Shown here: positions 1 through 9,894 of the stretch, piece by piece
How the letters are laid out: each line of letters starts with the position of its first letter
Position numbering within the stretch: position 1 is the stretch's first letter
Assembly (NCBI GenBank): GCA_045805065.1
Contig: JBJMMA010000201.1
Location: forward strand, 1 to 55,840
Length of the DNA: 55,840 nt
Origin: Bdellovibrionia bacterium
GTDB lineage: Bacteria; Bdellovibrionota; UBA1018
Direction: 5' to 3'
The notes under the pieces: model-generated
Seen by the model: the letters and a program-made list of their open reading frames with translations, nothing else
Databases searched by the model: none
What the model was told of the DNA's origin: nothing
Translations under genes and position numbers: made by a program

Positions 1-206
1 CCGGTTTTTGACGCTTTTTTCAATTAAACAAGAATTAGAAATCAATAATACGAGTATCAAAAATCCGATCGCGAATTTTTCTGAGAGCACGGAGTCTTTT
101 AATATTCAGTACTTGACGCATTACGTTAAATAAAAATGCGAACTTCACAAAAAGATGACAAAAAAAGTCTACTGTTTTTTAATACCGTACCGAAATGATC
201 AACAGA

Positions 207-337
207 AGGTAGGCAACACTGAGATGGTCTGAGTGTCACCTGTCATCGTCGGGCAGAAAGCAAAACCTGCCTGAGAAATTATTGAATGTGCAAAAGCGCT
301 GAAGATAAGCGGGATCAACGAAAGCTTTACAGCGCTT
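207..337 (+). promoter_or_regulatory. Structured 5' leader of flagellin (three stem-loops)
   Basis: Stems ACACT(216-220)/AGTGT(232-236), TCGGGCAG(249-256)/CTGCCTGA(267-274) and AAGCGCTG(294-301)/CAGCGCTT(330-337), directly before the AGGGGGA SD. Confidence 0.5.
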
Positions 338-353
338 CTGACAAGGGGGAACT

Positions 354-1187
354 ATGGGTCTACGTATCGCAACTAATACGCAATCACTCGCTGCTCAGCG
401 CAATCTTGGCTTGGCAAGCGCTTCACAAAAAGCTTCTCTCGAGAAGTTATCCTCAGGTGCTCGCATTACCCGTGCTGCTGACGACGCAGCTGGATTGGCG
501 ATCTCCGAAAAGATGCGCGCAAGCATCCGTTCGGTCCGCCAAGACGTGCGCAACGCTAACGACGGTATCTCGATGATTCAAACGGCTGAAGGCGGCATGT
601 CTGAAGTCGGAAACATCCTGGTTCGTTTCCGCGAATTGTCCACGCAAGCAGCATCTGACACCTTGAGCAACACGGAGCGTGGATTTATCGATAAGGAAAT
701 TCAACAGCTCGCTTCAGAAGTAAACCGTATCTCCAGTGTGACTGAGTTCAACGGCCACAAGCTTTTGAACGGCACCGGCGATATGATGGAAATCCAAGTG
801 GGCATCAACAACGATCCTGAGAACGATCGTTTCAAATACGCTCCAGAAAAAACCAACGTTTCGTTGGATCACCTCGGCCTCAGCGGCATCACGGTTAGCG
901 ACAAGGCTTCTGCTCAGCAGAATCTGACCAAGGTCGACGAAGCCATCAAGGTGCTCTCTGAAAACCGCGCAGAGCTCGGCGCTTTGCAAAACAGACTTCA
1001 ATCGTCCGTGAACAGCTTGAACGTCTATGACGAGAACATGTCTGCTGCCCGCAGCCGCATTTATGATGTGGACATGGCATCTGAGACCGCTGAGTTGACG
1101 AAGGGTAATATCCTTTCTCAAGCAGGTGTCTCGGTTCTCTCTCAAGCTAACCAGAACAACATGATGGCTTTGAAGCTGCTTGGATAA
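354..1187 (+). CDS. fliC: Flagellin (short, 277 aa)
   Basis: N-terminal LRIATN...LEKLSSGARI..AADDAAGLAISE and C-terminal RAELGALQNRL...SRIYDVDMASE flagellin motifs; strong SD. Confidence 0.97.
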   Translation: MGLRIATNTQSLAAQRNLGLASASQKASLEKLSSGARITRAADDAAGLAISEKMRASIRSVRQDVRNANDGISMIQTAEGGMSEVGNILVRFRELSTQAASDTLSNTERGFIDKEIQQLASEVNRISSVTEFNGHKLLNGTGDMMEIQVGINNDPENDRFKYAPEKTNVSLDHLGLSGITVSDKASAQQNLTKVDEAIKVLSENRAELGALQNRLQSSVNSLNVYDENMSAARSRIYDVDMASETAELTKGNILSQAGVSVLSQANQNNMMALKLLG

Positions 1188-1219
1188 TCAGCATCAACTG
1201 ACATCTTAGTTCTCCAGTA

Positions 1220-1260
1220 GGGGTCTGCGCCGATAAACGGCGCGGGCCCCCTCCTGTTTT
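1220..1260 (+). terminator. Intrinsic terminator after flagellin
   Basis: GGGGTCTGCGCCG-ATAAA-CGGCGCGGGCCCC hairpin followed by a T-rich tail. Confidence 0.7.
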
Positions 1261-1283
1261 GTTCGGTAGCAAGGGAACCCGTT

Positions 1284-1754
1284 GTGGGCAAAAAAAGTAA
1301 GAAATCAAAGAGCGCAATCAGGATTCCTGAGATCCTGCGCTCGCCGCTGCGCGATGAGTCCGAGGCCGTCGTTTCGTCGGACGCCGAGCATGCGCTTTTT
1401 TTGCGCTGCTTTGAGCTTTACCGCGTGATCGAGCTTGCGGACCGCACTCTGGAGTCCATGATTGAGGCGTACTCAAAATACAGAACGCGCGACCTTTTCA
1501 AGGAAACGCTGCAAATGAGGTATTTTGATTTCGATAGTGCGGGTCTGGATGGAATCGATCCAGGACTCAACGCAAACGTGATCGCGATGTTCAATAGAAT
1601 TTATGAACTCCGACTCTCGCTTCTTTTCGAAGACGGTTTGCCATTCACCGTGAAAGCGAGAGTCGAAGCCGTTTTGTCAGAGCTCAAACGCGAATGGAAT
1701 TCCATTCAGGCCGAAGTTGAGACTCGATATCAGTGGAGTTTCAAGCTCCTTTAG
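1284..1754 (+). CDS. Hypothetical protein, helical, basic N-terminus
   Basis: 156-aa ORF, GTG start with AAGGGA upstream, fills the gap, stop overlaps the convergent gene. Confidence 0.7.
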   Translation: MGKKSKKSKSAIRIPEILRSPLRDESEAVVSSDAEHALFLRCFELYRVIELADRTLESMIEAYSKYRTRDLFKETLQMRYFDFDSAGLDGIDPGLNANVIAMFNRIYELRLSLLFEDGLPFTVKARVEAVLSELKREWNSIQAEVETRYQWSFKLL

Positions 1755-2242
1755 ATCGCGCCGCAAGACAAGGCCAGGGCGGGATCGCGCTCAAGCTCAT
1801 GTCTGATGTTCAATACAAGATCCAGGCGAGTATCGGAGTCAGATGCGATCGCAGAGAAGTTCTTGCGTACCATCTGCGCAAAACCGGAATAAGACTCTTG
1901 ATCACAGCCCATCAGGGAAGCGAAAGCCTGAAGATTTTCGCCTGAGCCTTCGGCCATCTCCTGGCGAAGTGAATCGTAGTTTTCGACAGCATAAAACGCA
2001 GCCTGTTCATCTCTCTTCCTCACCAGATCATGTTTCGCGCAGCCCAGAGTTCCAGATGTCATCCCGAACGTTGGAGGAACGAAAGCGTTGGTTGTCGTGC
2101 GCGTACTGGTCGCGGAAAATGTGGTTTTAGAAGTCAACTCCCAGCCGAGACCGCAGCCATCGCTGGAGTCACGGGCTTGAGCGCTGATGGAAATTGCCGT
2201 TAGTGCGGCCAATGCCGCGAGTCCTGAAAGAATCTTTTTCAT
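1751..2242 (-). CDS. DUF3015-family secreted protein
   Basis: Signal peptide, GCGLG motif, TFGMTSGTLGC and EMAEGSGENL segments. Confidence 0.85.
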   Translation of the reverse strand: MKKILSGLAALAALTAISISAQARDSSDGCGLGWELTSKTTFSATSTRTTTNAFVPPTFGMTSGTLGCAKHDLVRKRDEQAAFYAVENYDSLRQEMAEGSGENLQAFASLMGCDQESYSGFAQMVRKNFSAIASDSDTRLDLVLNIRHELERDPALALSCGAI

Positions 2243-2349
2243 GAATTGTCGTTTCCTCTCTGCTGACTATGATGACAAGCAGGAGAGAAGCGGACAAGCC
2301 GGCAGAAAATTCCCAGGCTAGCCTAAGTTATACTTAAGGCAATGAGCGC

Positions 2350-2859
2350 TTAAGGCCTCTTTAAAACGTTTGACTCGACTTGTGAGCAGATCCTTCCGGT
2401 CTGCGGGTTCTCAAAGCAGACTGTATTGAGCAAGATTCGGTCTTCCGGACTGCGAACATGGGCCGATAGGGTGAATGTCACTTCCTTTCCAGCGCCGAGG
2501 AGAATGTTCTTCCACTCGATTCTGGAAACCGGGTGTTCGCTTTGCGAAGTAAAACGAGAGTCATCCCGGGTCGCAGGAAATTCAGTGGGTTTAGGGCTCG
2601 CCTCGAAAAAGGTGGTCATTCGCGGAATGAAGTCGACGACACTTGAGTCGCTGAGGTCGCAATCCCCGGTGTTGCGAACGTGGATCTCATAATCAATCCT
2701 GTCCCCAACGGAGACAGCTGGGGGACCTTTCTGGTCCACCGTGATTCCCTTGCATGCCCAGAGTACCGACGGATCCGCCTGTGCGATGGGAAGTGCGACA
2801 TAGGCCAAACCCAAGGCAAGAGTCGCAAGCACCGATGTCAAAATCTGAGAATTGTTCAT
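2350..2859 (-). CDS. Secreted DUF11-like (Ig-like) domain protein
   Basis: Signal peptide from the Met at 2859; VGDRIDYEIHVRNTG..L...VVDFIP and V.FTL.A.V pattern. Confidence 0.7.
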   Translation of the reverse strand: MNNSQILTSVLATLALGLAYVALPIAQADPSVLWACKGITVDQKGPPAVSVGDRIDYEIHVRNTGDCDLSDSSVVDFIPRMTTFFEASPKPTEFPATRDDSRFTSQSEHPVSRIEWKNILLGAGKEVTFTLSAHVRSPEDRILLNTVCFENPQTGRICSQVESNVLKRP

Positions 2860-2873
2860 AAGTGATCCTCCGT

Positions 2874-3845
2874 TCAATCGAACCAAGGTTGGTCCATCCA
2901 GACCTGGTCAGCCAGCTGTTGCTGACCATCGGCGTTGGGGTGAAAGCAATCTGCCGCCAGGATCGAGCGTGGGATGTTCAAGTTGTAGAGGCGATCGCTA
3001 TAGACTGCCTGAATTTTTGGAAAGAGCTTGTTGGCCTCAGTCACGGTGTCTCGGATCAGGCGATTATCATTCTCAATGACCATCATCTTCTGATCGTATT
3101 CTTTTTCAGTTTTCCAGGTGAGGAGCGGATTGCACTCTTTCAGGATTTTGTTCCGAACGGTGTTGCAGCTCAGGCCCAGGAGAGTCTTACTGCTGCGAAG
3201 CGATGGCTCGGCAAGATCCGGAATGCGCGGAATCCCTACGACAAGCACGTGCACTGGCTCTTTCTGGGGAAACATCGACAAGATGCGGAACGCCTTGATC
3301 AGATTGTCATGCATTTCGCCGAGAGGAACGCCCCATGGAGTTTGTGATGAACAGGCGTCGTTGGAGCCTACAAGAAGAGTTACATATTTGAGTTCGGAGT
3401 AATTGCCTTCGCGAAAATCCTGCAAGAGCTGGAGCGCCTGATCTTCCATGGCGTTCGTCATTCGCCCCGGGTAGGAAACGTTGTCCACGTTGATGGGGCG
3501 CGATTCCCCCTTGCGCTTGAAATAGTCTTTGAGTCTCACGTAGTGGGATTTGATTCCAATTCCAGATGCCCAGGAAAGAAGATACTTGTTCTCAAAAATC
3601 ATCCTCTCCTGAAGTTCCTCGATCTGAACCTTGTCATTCGATGCAGACGCGTCCGATGGAATAGGGAAGTCAGCGAGCGTGGCTGCTGATATGGAATCAC
3701 CCATTACGCCCATCATGAGAGGCCCTTGATATCGCGTTTCCTGCGCGTGAGCTTGAGATCCGCTCATCAAAGCAGGGAGGGCAAAAGCAAGGATTGAAAA
3801 TGCTTGAACCAGTGGGATCTTGCTCTTGCTGGATTTTTTCCTCAT
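2874..3845 (-). CDS. Secreted SGNH/GDSL hydrolase
   Basis: GDSIS (block I), GSNDAC (block III), DCFHP (block V); signal peptide. Confidence 0.9.
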   Translation of the reverse strand: MRKKSSKSKIPLVQAFSILAFALPALMSGSQAHAQETRYQGPLMMGVMGDSISAATLADFPIPSDASASNDKVQIEELQERMIFENKYLLSWASGIGIKSHYVRLKDYFKRKGESRPINVDNVSYPGRMTNAMEDQALQLLQDFREGNYSELKYVTLLVGSNDACSSQTPWGVPLGEMHDNLIKAFRILSMFPQKEPVHVLVVGIPRIPDLAEPSLRSSKTLLGLSCNTVRNKILKECNPLLTWKTEKEYDQKMMVIENDNRLIRDTVTEANKLFPKIQAVYSDRLYNLNIPRSILAADCFHPNADGQQQLADQVWMDQPWFD

Positions 3846-3977
3846 TACCTGCGTTTTACACAGTTTATGTAGAAATGGTCAATTCGCGCCCCGTCGGCAC
3901 AACGAATCGAGTAGAAAAAACGGTGTGTGATTGCATGGGTTGTCAAAAGAAAGGTCTTTTGGTAGACGTTTTCCCAT

Positions 3978-4523
3978 ATGAAAAGACATCTCAACGCTTT
4001 GGGTTGCCTTGTTGTGGGAGCACTACTGAATTCAACCGCATTTGCTGCGCATATCAGCTCAGCGCTTCCTCCGGATGCGCGTCTTCAAGACGTGGCCAAA
4101 ATCACCAATTCGCGCGATGCGTCAGTTGCGGTCTTAAGCGTTGCTTTAGGCCCTAAAGACGAGGTGTTAGGCGTTTATAGCGTTTATGAAATGAATGACG
4201 GAACAGGCGAAGTGATTCGAGATCTCATGCCGCTTTCTGAAATTCAAAGCCCTCAAGGCTCAGTTCTGCATGAAGAGAATGGGATGAAGATTTTCATTCT
4301 CCAAGGTACAGTTGACACTGAGCATGGAAGAGCGAACCTTCAGATTCGTTATCTGACCAACGGCATCAAGCGCTCCTATGACAGCTGCCGCGTTAATGCC
4401 AATCGGTCGGCACAAGGTACTTGGACTCTTGTGAATGCCTACAATGGCAAGACAGTCACCGAGGCGCACGCCAAGGCATGGACTTTTGGCATCAAGACGA
4501 TTGAAAACGTCTGCCCAAACTGA
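3978..4523 (+). CDS. Secreted hypothetical protein, paralog of 9878-10393
   Basis: Signal peptide; shares G.VL....G..I.IL...D..HG..LQI.YL.N.I..SY...TW.L with the ORF at 9878-10393. Confidence 0.8.
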   Translation: MKRHLNALGCLVVGALLNSTAFAAHISSALPPDARLQDVAKITNSRDASVAVLSVALGPKDEVLGVYSVYEMNDGTGEVIRDLMPLSEIQSPQGSVLHEENGMKIFILQGTVDTEHGRANLQIRYLTNGIKRSYDSCRVNANRSAQGTWTLVNAYNGKTVTEAHAKAWTFGIKTIENVCPN

Positions 4524-4533
4524 GTCCTCTCAA

Positions 4534-5001
4534 TTAAGCTCCAAAGAAGAACGTAAAAATAAAGTAGGCACCGATGGCGCACATCGCCGTGCCTAAGATG
4601 CGGTCCAGGAGTTTTGGATTCATCACGAGGCCTAGGCGATTGCCCATGATGACTGCAATTCCTGCAACGCTCCAAAGCGCAAGGACTGCCGCCGTAAAAA
4701 CGGTCCACGGAGCGTGATACTTCGCGATCAGCGAGGCGGAGGCGATCTGCGTCAGGTCGCCCCACTCGGCGATGAAAATGACCAGAAATGAGCTCCAGAT
4801 GGTTTTTCATGCGTGGACGCTTGCAGTAAGTTTCTCATCGATCTCATGCTTCTCCTCTTCGATCTCTTTTTTGACGTCCTTTCGCCAGGACAGAATTCCG
4901 TAAACTAGGAAAAGAATGCCGGCAATCAGCGGCATCCACTCTTTAAGAGCTGCGCCAAACAGGGTTCCAAAGAGAACCGCGATGAGTGTTTGATAGGCCA
5001 A
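4534..5001 (-). pseudogene. TMEM165/GDT1 (UPF0016) transporter remnant, 5'-truncated with an internal stop
   Basis: The frame of ORF 4807-5001 continues past TGA(4809-4807) as KTIWSSFLVIFIAEWGDLTQIA... to TAA at 4534; the first ExGD motif is missing. Confidence 0.8.
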
Positions 5002-5053
5002 TCTTAACTTGAGTTTTGTGGTTTACTCAGTGAAAATTTCCGTTTGGGGAACT

Positions 5054-6070
5054 ATGGCAAAAGTTGAACTTCGGTCGGTGCGTAAAAGTTTTGGGGCGGT
5101 CAATATTATTCCAGAGTTAAATCTGGAGATCGGCTCAGGCGAGTTCATCTCGCTTGTGGGTCCGTCAGGCTGCGGCAAGAGTACCATTTTAAGAATGGTC
5201 GCAGGACTTGAGGATCCGACGGCTGGCGAGATCAAAATTGATGGCCGCGTTGTGAACCGCGTGAGCCCGAAGGATCGCGGCCTGGCGATGGTGTTTCAAA
5301 ACTATGCGCTCTATCCGCATATGACGGTTCGCCAGAATCTGGGCTTTGCCTTGAAGCTTGCAAAGCTTGATTTCAAAGAGGCAGAAGCGCGCATTCAGGA
5401 AACTTCTGAAATTTTGGGACTCCAGGAACTGCTCGATAGAAAGCCCTCTCAGCTTTCGGGTGGACAGAAGCAGCGTGTAGCCATGGGAAGAGCGATGGTC
5501 CGCCGGCCTAAAGTGTTGCTCTTTGATGAGCCACTATCCAACCTCGACGCTCAGTTGAGAATCAAAGTTCGATCAGAGATTGCGCATCTTCATAAAAAAC
5601 TTCGATCAACAGTTATCTACGTCACGCATGATCAAGTCGAAGCCATGACGCTGTCCGATCGGATCGTCGTTTTAAATCGCGGAAACCTTGAGCAGGTGGG
5701 TGCCCCGCTTGAGGTCTATCACAAGCCAAGAACCAAGTTTGTGGCGTCCTTCATTGGAACGCCCCCTATGAACTTTATTTCGGCAAGCCAGATTCCAGCC
5801 GCCGCTCAAAGGCAGGCCGAGACGGTTGCGTTTCGTCCGGAGTGCACCAAACTTTCGGCTGAGTCTGGAGCAGTTGAAGTCGGAAAGGGGCGAGTAAGCC
5901 TCATTGAGCCTTTGGGGAGCACGACTCATGTTCATGTGCGCGTGGGAGAGCAGAGTCTGATTGCTGAGCTTAAGTCCGATGCGATGCCAAAGCTCGAGGA
6001 TGAGTTGAGCGTTTGGGTGAGTCCAAAGGATTTCTTCTTCTTTGACTCAAACGGGGTCACGCTCACATGA
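5054..6070 (+). CDS. ugpC: Sugar/glycerol-3-phosphate ABC transporter ATPase
   Basis: [28 protein letters not shown]-terminal TOBE region; ATG 5054 with a GGGGA SD. Confidence 0.9.
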   Translation: MAKVELRSVRKSFGAVNIIPELNLEIGSGEFISLVGPSGCGKSTILRMVAGLEDPTAGEIKIDGRVVNRVSPKDRGLAMVFQNYALYPHMTVRQNLGFALKLAKLDFKEAEARIQETSEILGLQELLDRKPSQLSGGQKQRVAMGRAMVRRPKVLLFDEPLSNLDAQLRIKVRSEIAHLHKKLRSTVIYVTHDQVEAMTLSDRIVVLNRGNLEQVGAPLEVYHKPRTKFVASFIGTPPMNFISASQIPAAAQRQAETVAFRPECTKLSAESGAVEVGKGRVSLIEPLGSTTHVHVRVGEQSLIAELKSDAMPKLEDELSVWVSPKDFFFFDSNGVTLT

Positions 6071-6939
6071 GGCGCTCAGACAATCTCTTTGCGTGGCTGC
6101 TTCTGCTGCCTACGCTTGTAGTGCTTGGGGTTTTTGTTTTTTATCCCGCCATCAATTCGTTTTATCTGAGTCTGCATGAGGTTGAGGCGTTCTCAACGCA
6201 CAAGACTTTCATTGGCCTGGATAACTACAAGATGCTTCTTGAGTCGCCTCAATATTGGCAGAGCATTCAGGCCACCATCAGCTTTATCCTTCTTACTGTC
6301 ATTCCATCCGTTATTCTAAGCCTTGCGTTTGCGATCGGAATTGATGCGAATCCGTATTTCCGTGGCTTGCTTCGAACGATCTTCCTGATGCCGGTTGCGA
6401 TTTCATCCGCAATGGCTGCCATGCTGTGGATCTTTTTCTATAATCCGACATCTGGTTACATCAATTACGTGCTCGAGATTTTTGGCGCTCGGGGTCCGAA
6501 CTGGCTAGGCGATGGCAGATGGGCCGTTCTTGCGGTGGCGATTGTCACGGTCTGGAAAGAGATCGGCTTCAGCGTCATATTCTTTCTTGCGGGTCTTGCC
6601 GCGATTCCAAGCGATATTCGCGAGGCTGCCGCGCTGGATGGGGCCAACGCCTGGCAGCGCTTCTGGCAGATCGTGCTTCCCATGCTCTCGCCAACCGTTC
6701 TTTTTGTTACCGTCGTGTCGGTGATCAACTCATTTCAAAGCTTTGGTCAGATTCATATCCTGACCCAAGGTGGCCCTGCAGGCGCGACGAGTACCCTGGT
6801 TTACAATCTTTACCGGGATGCATTCCAGAACTTCCAGACAGGGTCAGCATCCGCTCAGGCCGTCATTTTGTTTTTAATTATGCTTGCGGCGACTGCGGTT
6901 CAATTCTGGGTTGCAAAGAAGCGCATTCATTACAGCTAA
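6067..6939 (+). CDS. ugpA: Carbohydrate ABC permease
   Basis: EAA loop ([14 protein letters not shown]), TM helices, operon context. Confidence 0.85.
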   Translation: MRRSDNLFAWLLLLPTLVVLGVFVFYPAINSFYLSLHEVEAFSTHKTFIGLDNYKMLLESPQYWQSIQATISFILLTVIPSVILSLAFAIGIDANPYFRGLLRTIFLMPVAISSAMAAMLWIFFYNPTSGYINYVLEIFGARGPNWLGDGRWAVLAVAIVTVWKEIGFSVIFFLAGLAAIPSDIREAAALDGANAWQRFWQIVLPMLSPTVLFVTVVSVINSFQSFGQIHILTQGGPAGATSTLVYNLYRDAFQNFQTGSASAQAVILFLIMLAATAVQFWVAKKRIHYS

Positions 6940-6951
6940 GAGGACGATGTC

Positions 6952-7785
6952 GTGGCCAATCAACACACCGAACAGAAAGCCAGGACCTGGGCAACGATGC
7001 TTCTTCTGGTTCCTGCCATCATCCAATTCTTTCCAATCCTCTATGTGATCTCGCTTTCGTTCAAGGATAAGACCGAGGTCTTCAAGTATCCTCCATCTTT
7101 GATCCCGCAACATTTTCAAACGGCAAACTTCCAGGCAGCACTTGCTGCCGCGCCTCTGGGAAGGTTTCTGATCAACTCCCTTTTCATCGCGTCTGCCATC
7201 ACGCTGTTTCAGATCCTGACAGCAGTGCTTGCGGCGTACGCTCTGGCCCGGATGGAATTTGCCGGAAAGAAAATATTTTTTGCCCTGATCATCGCAACCA
7301 TGATGGTTCCTGGTGAAATCACGATCATTCCAAACTACCTGACGGTTGCAAAGCTGAACTGGATCGATACGTACAGCGGATTGATCCTGCCGTTTGCCGC
7401 ATCTGGATTTGGCGTGTTCCTTCTTTACCAGTTCATGCGAGGAATCCCAAAGGAGCTTGAAGAAGCGGCAAGACTTGATGGAGCATCCAGGATCCGTTTT
7501 CTTTTTCAGTTCGCCGTACCTCTATCGATGCCTGCAATCGCTGCTTTTTCTGTCTATGCGTTCGTCAATGCGTGGAATCAATACCTCTGGCCCTTGATCG
7601 TCACGCAATCCACGGAGATGCAGACCGTTCAGATCGGAATCGGAATGTTCCGCTCGCAAAATGAGTCGGTGAGCTGGGGTGTGATCATGGCGGCAACCAT
7701 CATTCTTGTGTCTCCGATGTTGATTCTGTTCGTTGGAACTCAAAAACAGTTTGTGCGCGGAATGACCATGGGAGGCCTCAAATGA
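6952..7785 (+). CDS. ugpE: Carbohydrate ABC permease
   Basis: EAA loop (EAARLDGAS), WNQYLWPL motif. Confidence 0.85.
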   Translation: MANQHTEQKARTWATMLLLVPAIIQFFPILYVISLSFKDKTEVFKYPPSLIPQHFQTANFQAALAAAPLGRFLINSLFIASAITLFQILTAVLAAYALARMEFAGKKIFFALIIATMMVPGEITIIPNYLTVAKLNWIDTYSGLILPFAASGFGVFLLYQFMRGIPKELEEAARLDGASRIRFLFQFAVPLSMPAIAAFSVYAFVNAWNQYLWPLIVTQSTEMQTVQIGIGMFRSQNESVSWGVIMAATIILVSPMLILFVGTQKQFVRGMTMGGLK

Positions 7786-9089
7786 AAAGAGGCTGGATCT
7801 CGCTTGCAGTGGCCGTATCTTTTCTTTCCGTCTCACCCTCCTTTGCTGCGTCGACCGTGCTGCAGTTCTGGCACTCGATGGGTGGTCAAAAAGGGAAGCT
7901 TCTGAAAGAGATTGTCCAGGAGTTCAATGCTCTTCCTGAGAACAAGGACAAGACGGAAATCCAGGTTCAGTATGTGGGGAGCTACGAAGAAGGTTTGAAT
8001 AAGCTTCGAACTGCGCTCATCGGGGGCCGCGGTCCTCACGTGGTTCAGATCACGGATATCGGTCAGCGCGTGATGATCGACTCGCATGCCGTGACGCCGC
8101 TTCAGGATTTTATCGATAAGGATCCTGAGTTTCCGATCACTCAGATTCTTCCGCCGATTCGCCACTACTACGAGCTTAATAAGAGACTTTACTCGCTGCC
8201 TTTTGCGACCTCAAATCCGATCCTCTATTACAATGTGGATGCTTTCAAGAAAGCAGGAGTCGAGAAGCCTCCCGCGACTTTCAAGGAACTCGAAGAGATC
8301 AGTCGCAAGCTGACAGATACGAAAGCCAGAATTCAAGGCATTACCTGGCCTGTGAACAGCTGGTTCTTTGAGGAATTCCTGGCGCGCCAGGGAGCAAACC
8401 TCGTCAATCCAGGAAATGGTCGAGTGGCTCGTGCGAGTCAGGCGAACTACATCTGCTCCGAAGGTGTTGAGTACCTTACACTTTGGGCAAAGATGGTTCA
8501 GGAAGGGACACTGGCCAACGTTGGGCGAGGCTGGGATCCGGCCGAGCAGAACTTCATCGCCGGTCGCACGGCGATGCTGATCACATCGACCAGCGATATC
8601 TTCGAAGTTCTTAAAGAAGCTCCGTTTAAACTTGGAACCGCTCCTATTCCCGCTCGCTCGCTGAATGAGCGCGGTGGAACGGTCATCGGTGGAAATTCGC
8701 TTTGGATTCTCAATAATAAGCCAATTTCCGAGCAGGAGGCGGCTTACCGCTTCTTGAAGTTCATGGCCAGTCCCTCGGTTCAGGAGAAATGGCACAGCAA
8801 CACCGGCTATTTTCCGATTCGTGCGGACGTCATTGATTCGTTAAAAAAGCGTGGATTTTACGACAAATTTCCGGTTGCATGGACTGCTATAGAACAAATG
8901 CGCGCGTCCCCGGATATGGACGCGACGCGGGGGGCGCTCATGGGAGTGTTCCCTGAGGCTCGTGAGCACATTGCCACGGCGATCGAAGAGGTACTGGCAG
9001 GCAGGACGGATGTCCTGACCGCGTTAAGGAAAGCGAAAGCCAAAACGGATTTTTCTCTGATGCGCTACAATCGAGGCAAAAGTGATTGA
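7782..9089 (+). CDS. ugpB: Glycerol-3-phosphate/glycerophosphodiester ABC substrate-binding protein
   Basis: Signal peptide, FWHSM, LPFATSNPILYYN, GGNSLW, W...TGYFP; adjacent GDPD gene. Confidence 0.85.
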   Translation: MKRGWISLAVAVSFLSVSPSFAASTVLQFWHSMGGQKGKLLKEIVQEFNALPENKDKTEIQVQYVGSYEEGLNKLRTALIGGRGPHVVQITDIGQRVMIDSHAVTPLQDFIDKDPEFPITQILPPIRHYYELNKRLYSLPFATSNPILYYNVDAFKKAGVEKPPATFKELEEISRKLTDTKARIQGITWPVNSWFFEEFLARQGANLVNPGNGRVARASQANYICSEGVEYLTLWAKMVQEGTLANVGRGWDPAEQNFIAGRTAMLITSTSDIFEVLKEAPFKLGTAPIPARSLNERGGTVIGGNSLWILNNKPISEQEAAYRFLKFMASPSVQEKWHSNTGYFPIRADVIDSLKKRGFYDKFPVAWTAIEQMRASPDMDATRGALMGVFPEAREHIATAIEEVLAGRTDVLTALRKAKAKTDFSLMRYNRGKSD

Positions 9090-9894
9090 GAGTTCAGTTG
9101 TTATTCACGGGCACCGCGGATCGCGTGGAACGCATCCGGAAAACACATTGCCATCCTTCCAAGAGGCGCGTGATGTCGGCGCGGCCTTTGTCGAGCTTGA
9201 TGTTCACTTGAGCAAAGACGGACACGTGGTTGTCTTTCACGACTTTGAGATCAGTGGAAAGCTTTGCAAGGACTCATCCGGTGAGCCGGTCCGGGGGAAA
9301 ATCCCGCTCAGCGAGCTGACCCTGGCCCAGATCCAGTCTTATGAGTGCGGAAGCACGAAACTTCCGGGGTTTCCTTTTCAGATGGCTTGTCCAGGCGCGC
9401 GGATTCCGACTCTTGAAGAAGTCATCCGCTGGAAGCTTCAAGAGGCTCCAAACATGAGTCTCAATATTGAGATCAAGCGAGAGGAAGAGCCAAAACCTTA
9501 CCGCCCATCGGCTGAGCAGCTTTCTGAGAGCGTCGTGTCTCTCATTCATCAATACGGAATCGCATCTACGTCTCTGGTGCAATCGTTTGACCTTGAAGTG
9601 GTGCGTGCCGTCCGCAAGCTTGATTCAAAGCTCAAGCTCTCATGCTTGTTTGAAGAGGAAGCAGACTTTGCGCAGATCACTCTCAATCACGGCGCTCAAG
9701 TCGTGGCGCCTTACCATCGGCTGCTGACGGAAGATCATTTTGAGGCCTGCCTGGAGGCGGGTCTTGAGGTTCTGCCATGGACGGTGAACGAGCCCGATGA
9801 TTGGGAGCGCCTCATCGATCTGGGAGTGCGCTCCATTATCACGGACTACCCGCGAAAATTAGGCGAGTACGTAGCCCTTACGGTTGTAGAGTGA
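9082..9894 (+). CDS. glpQ: Cytoplasmic glycerophosphodiester phosphodiesterase
   Basis: GHRG..PENT, ELDV, VVFHD, NIEIK, WTVN, IITDYP motifs. Confidence 0.92.
   Translation: MIESSVVIHGHRGSRGTHPENTLPSFQEARDVGAAFVELDVHLSKDGHVVVFHDFEISGKLCKDSSGEPVRGKIPLSELTLAQIQSYECGSTKLPGFPFQMACPGARIPTLEEVIRWKLQEAPNMSLNIEIKREEEPKPYRPSAEQLSESVVSLIHQYGIASTSLVQSFDLEVVRAVRKLDSKLKLSCLFEEEADFAQITLNHGAQVVAPYHRLLTEDHFEACLEAGLEVLPWTVNEPDDWERLIDLGVRSIITDYPRKLGEYVALTVVE

Noticed and set aside
1-121. Minus-strand open frame from ATG 121 running off the window
   Set aside because: Only 40 AT-rich codons, no SD or motifs; more likely intergenic.
169-196. Sigma28 promoter for flagellin (CTAC-N16-ACCGAAAT)
   Set aside because: Plausible position, but the -35 match is too weak to call.
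1229-1236. Perfect sigma28 -10 element GCCGATAA
   Set aside because: Lies within the terminator hairpin and has no TAAA-like -35.
4807-4809. TGA as selenocysteine or a recoded Trp
   Set aside because: Many neighbouring genes end in TGA, the position is not a Cys site, and the gene is also 5'-truncated.
4439-4810. 123-aa minus-strand ORF in the track
   Set aside because: Wrong frame; the GDT1 motif is in the frame continuing ORF 4807-5001.
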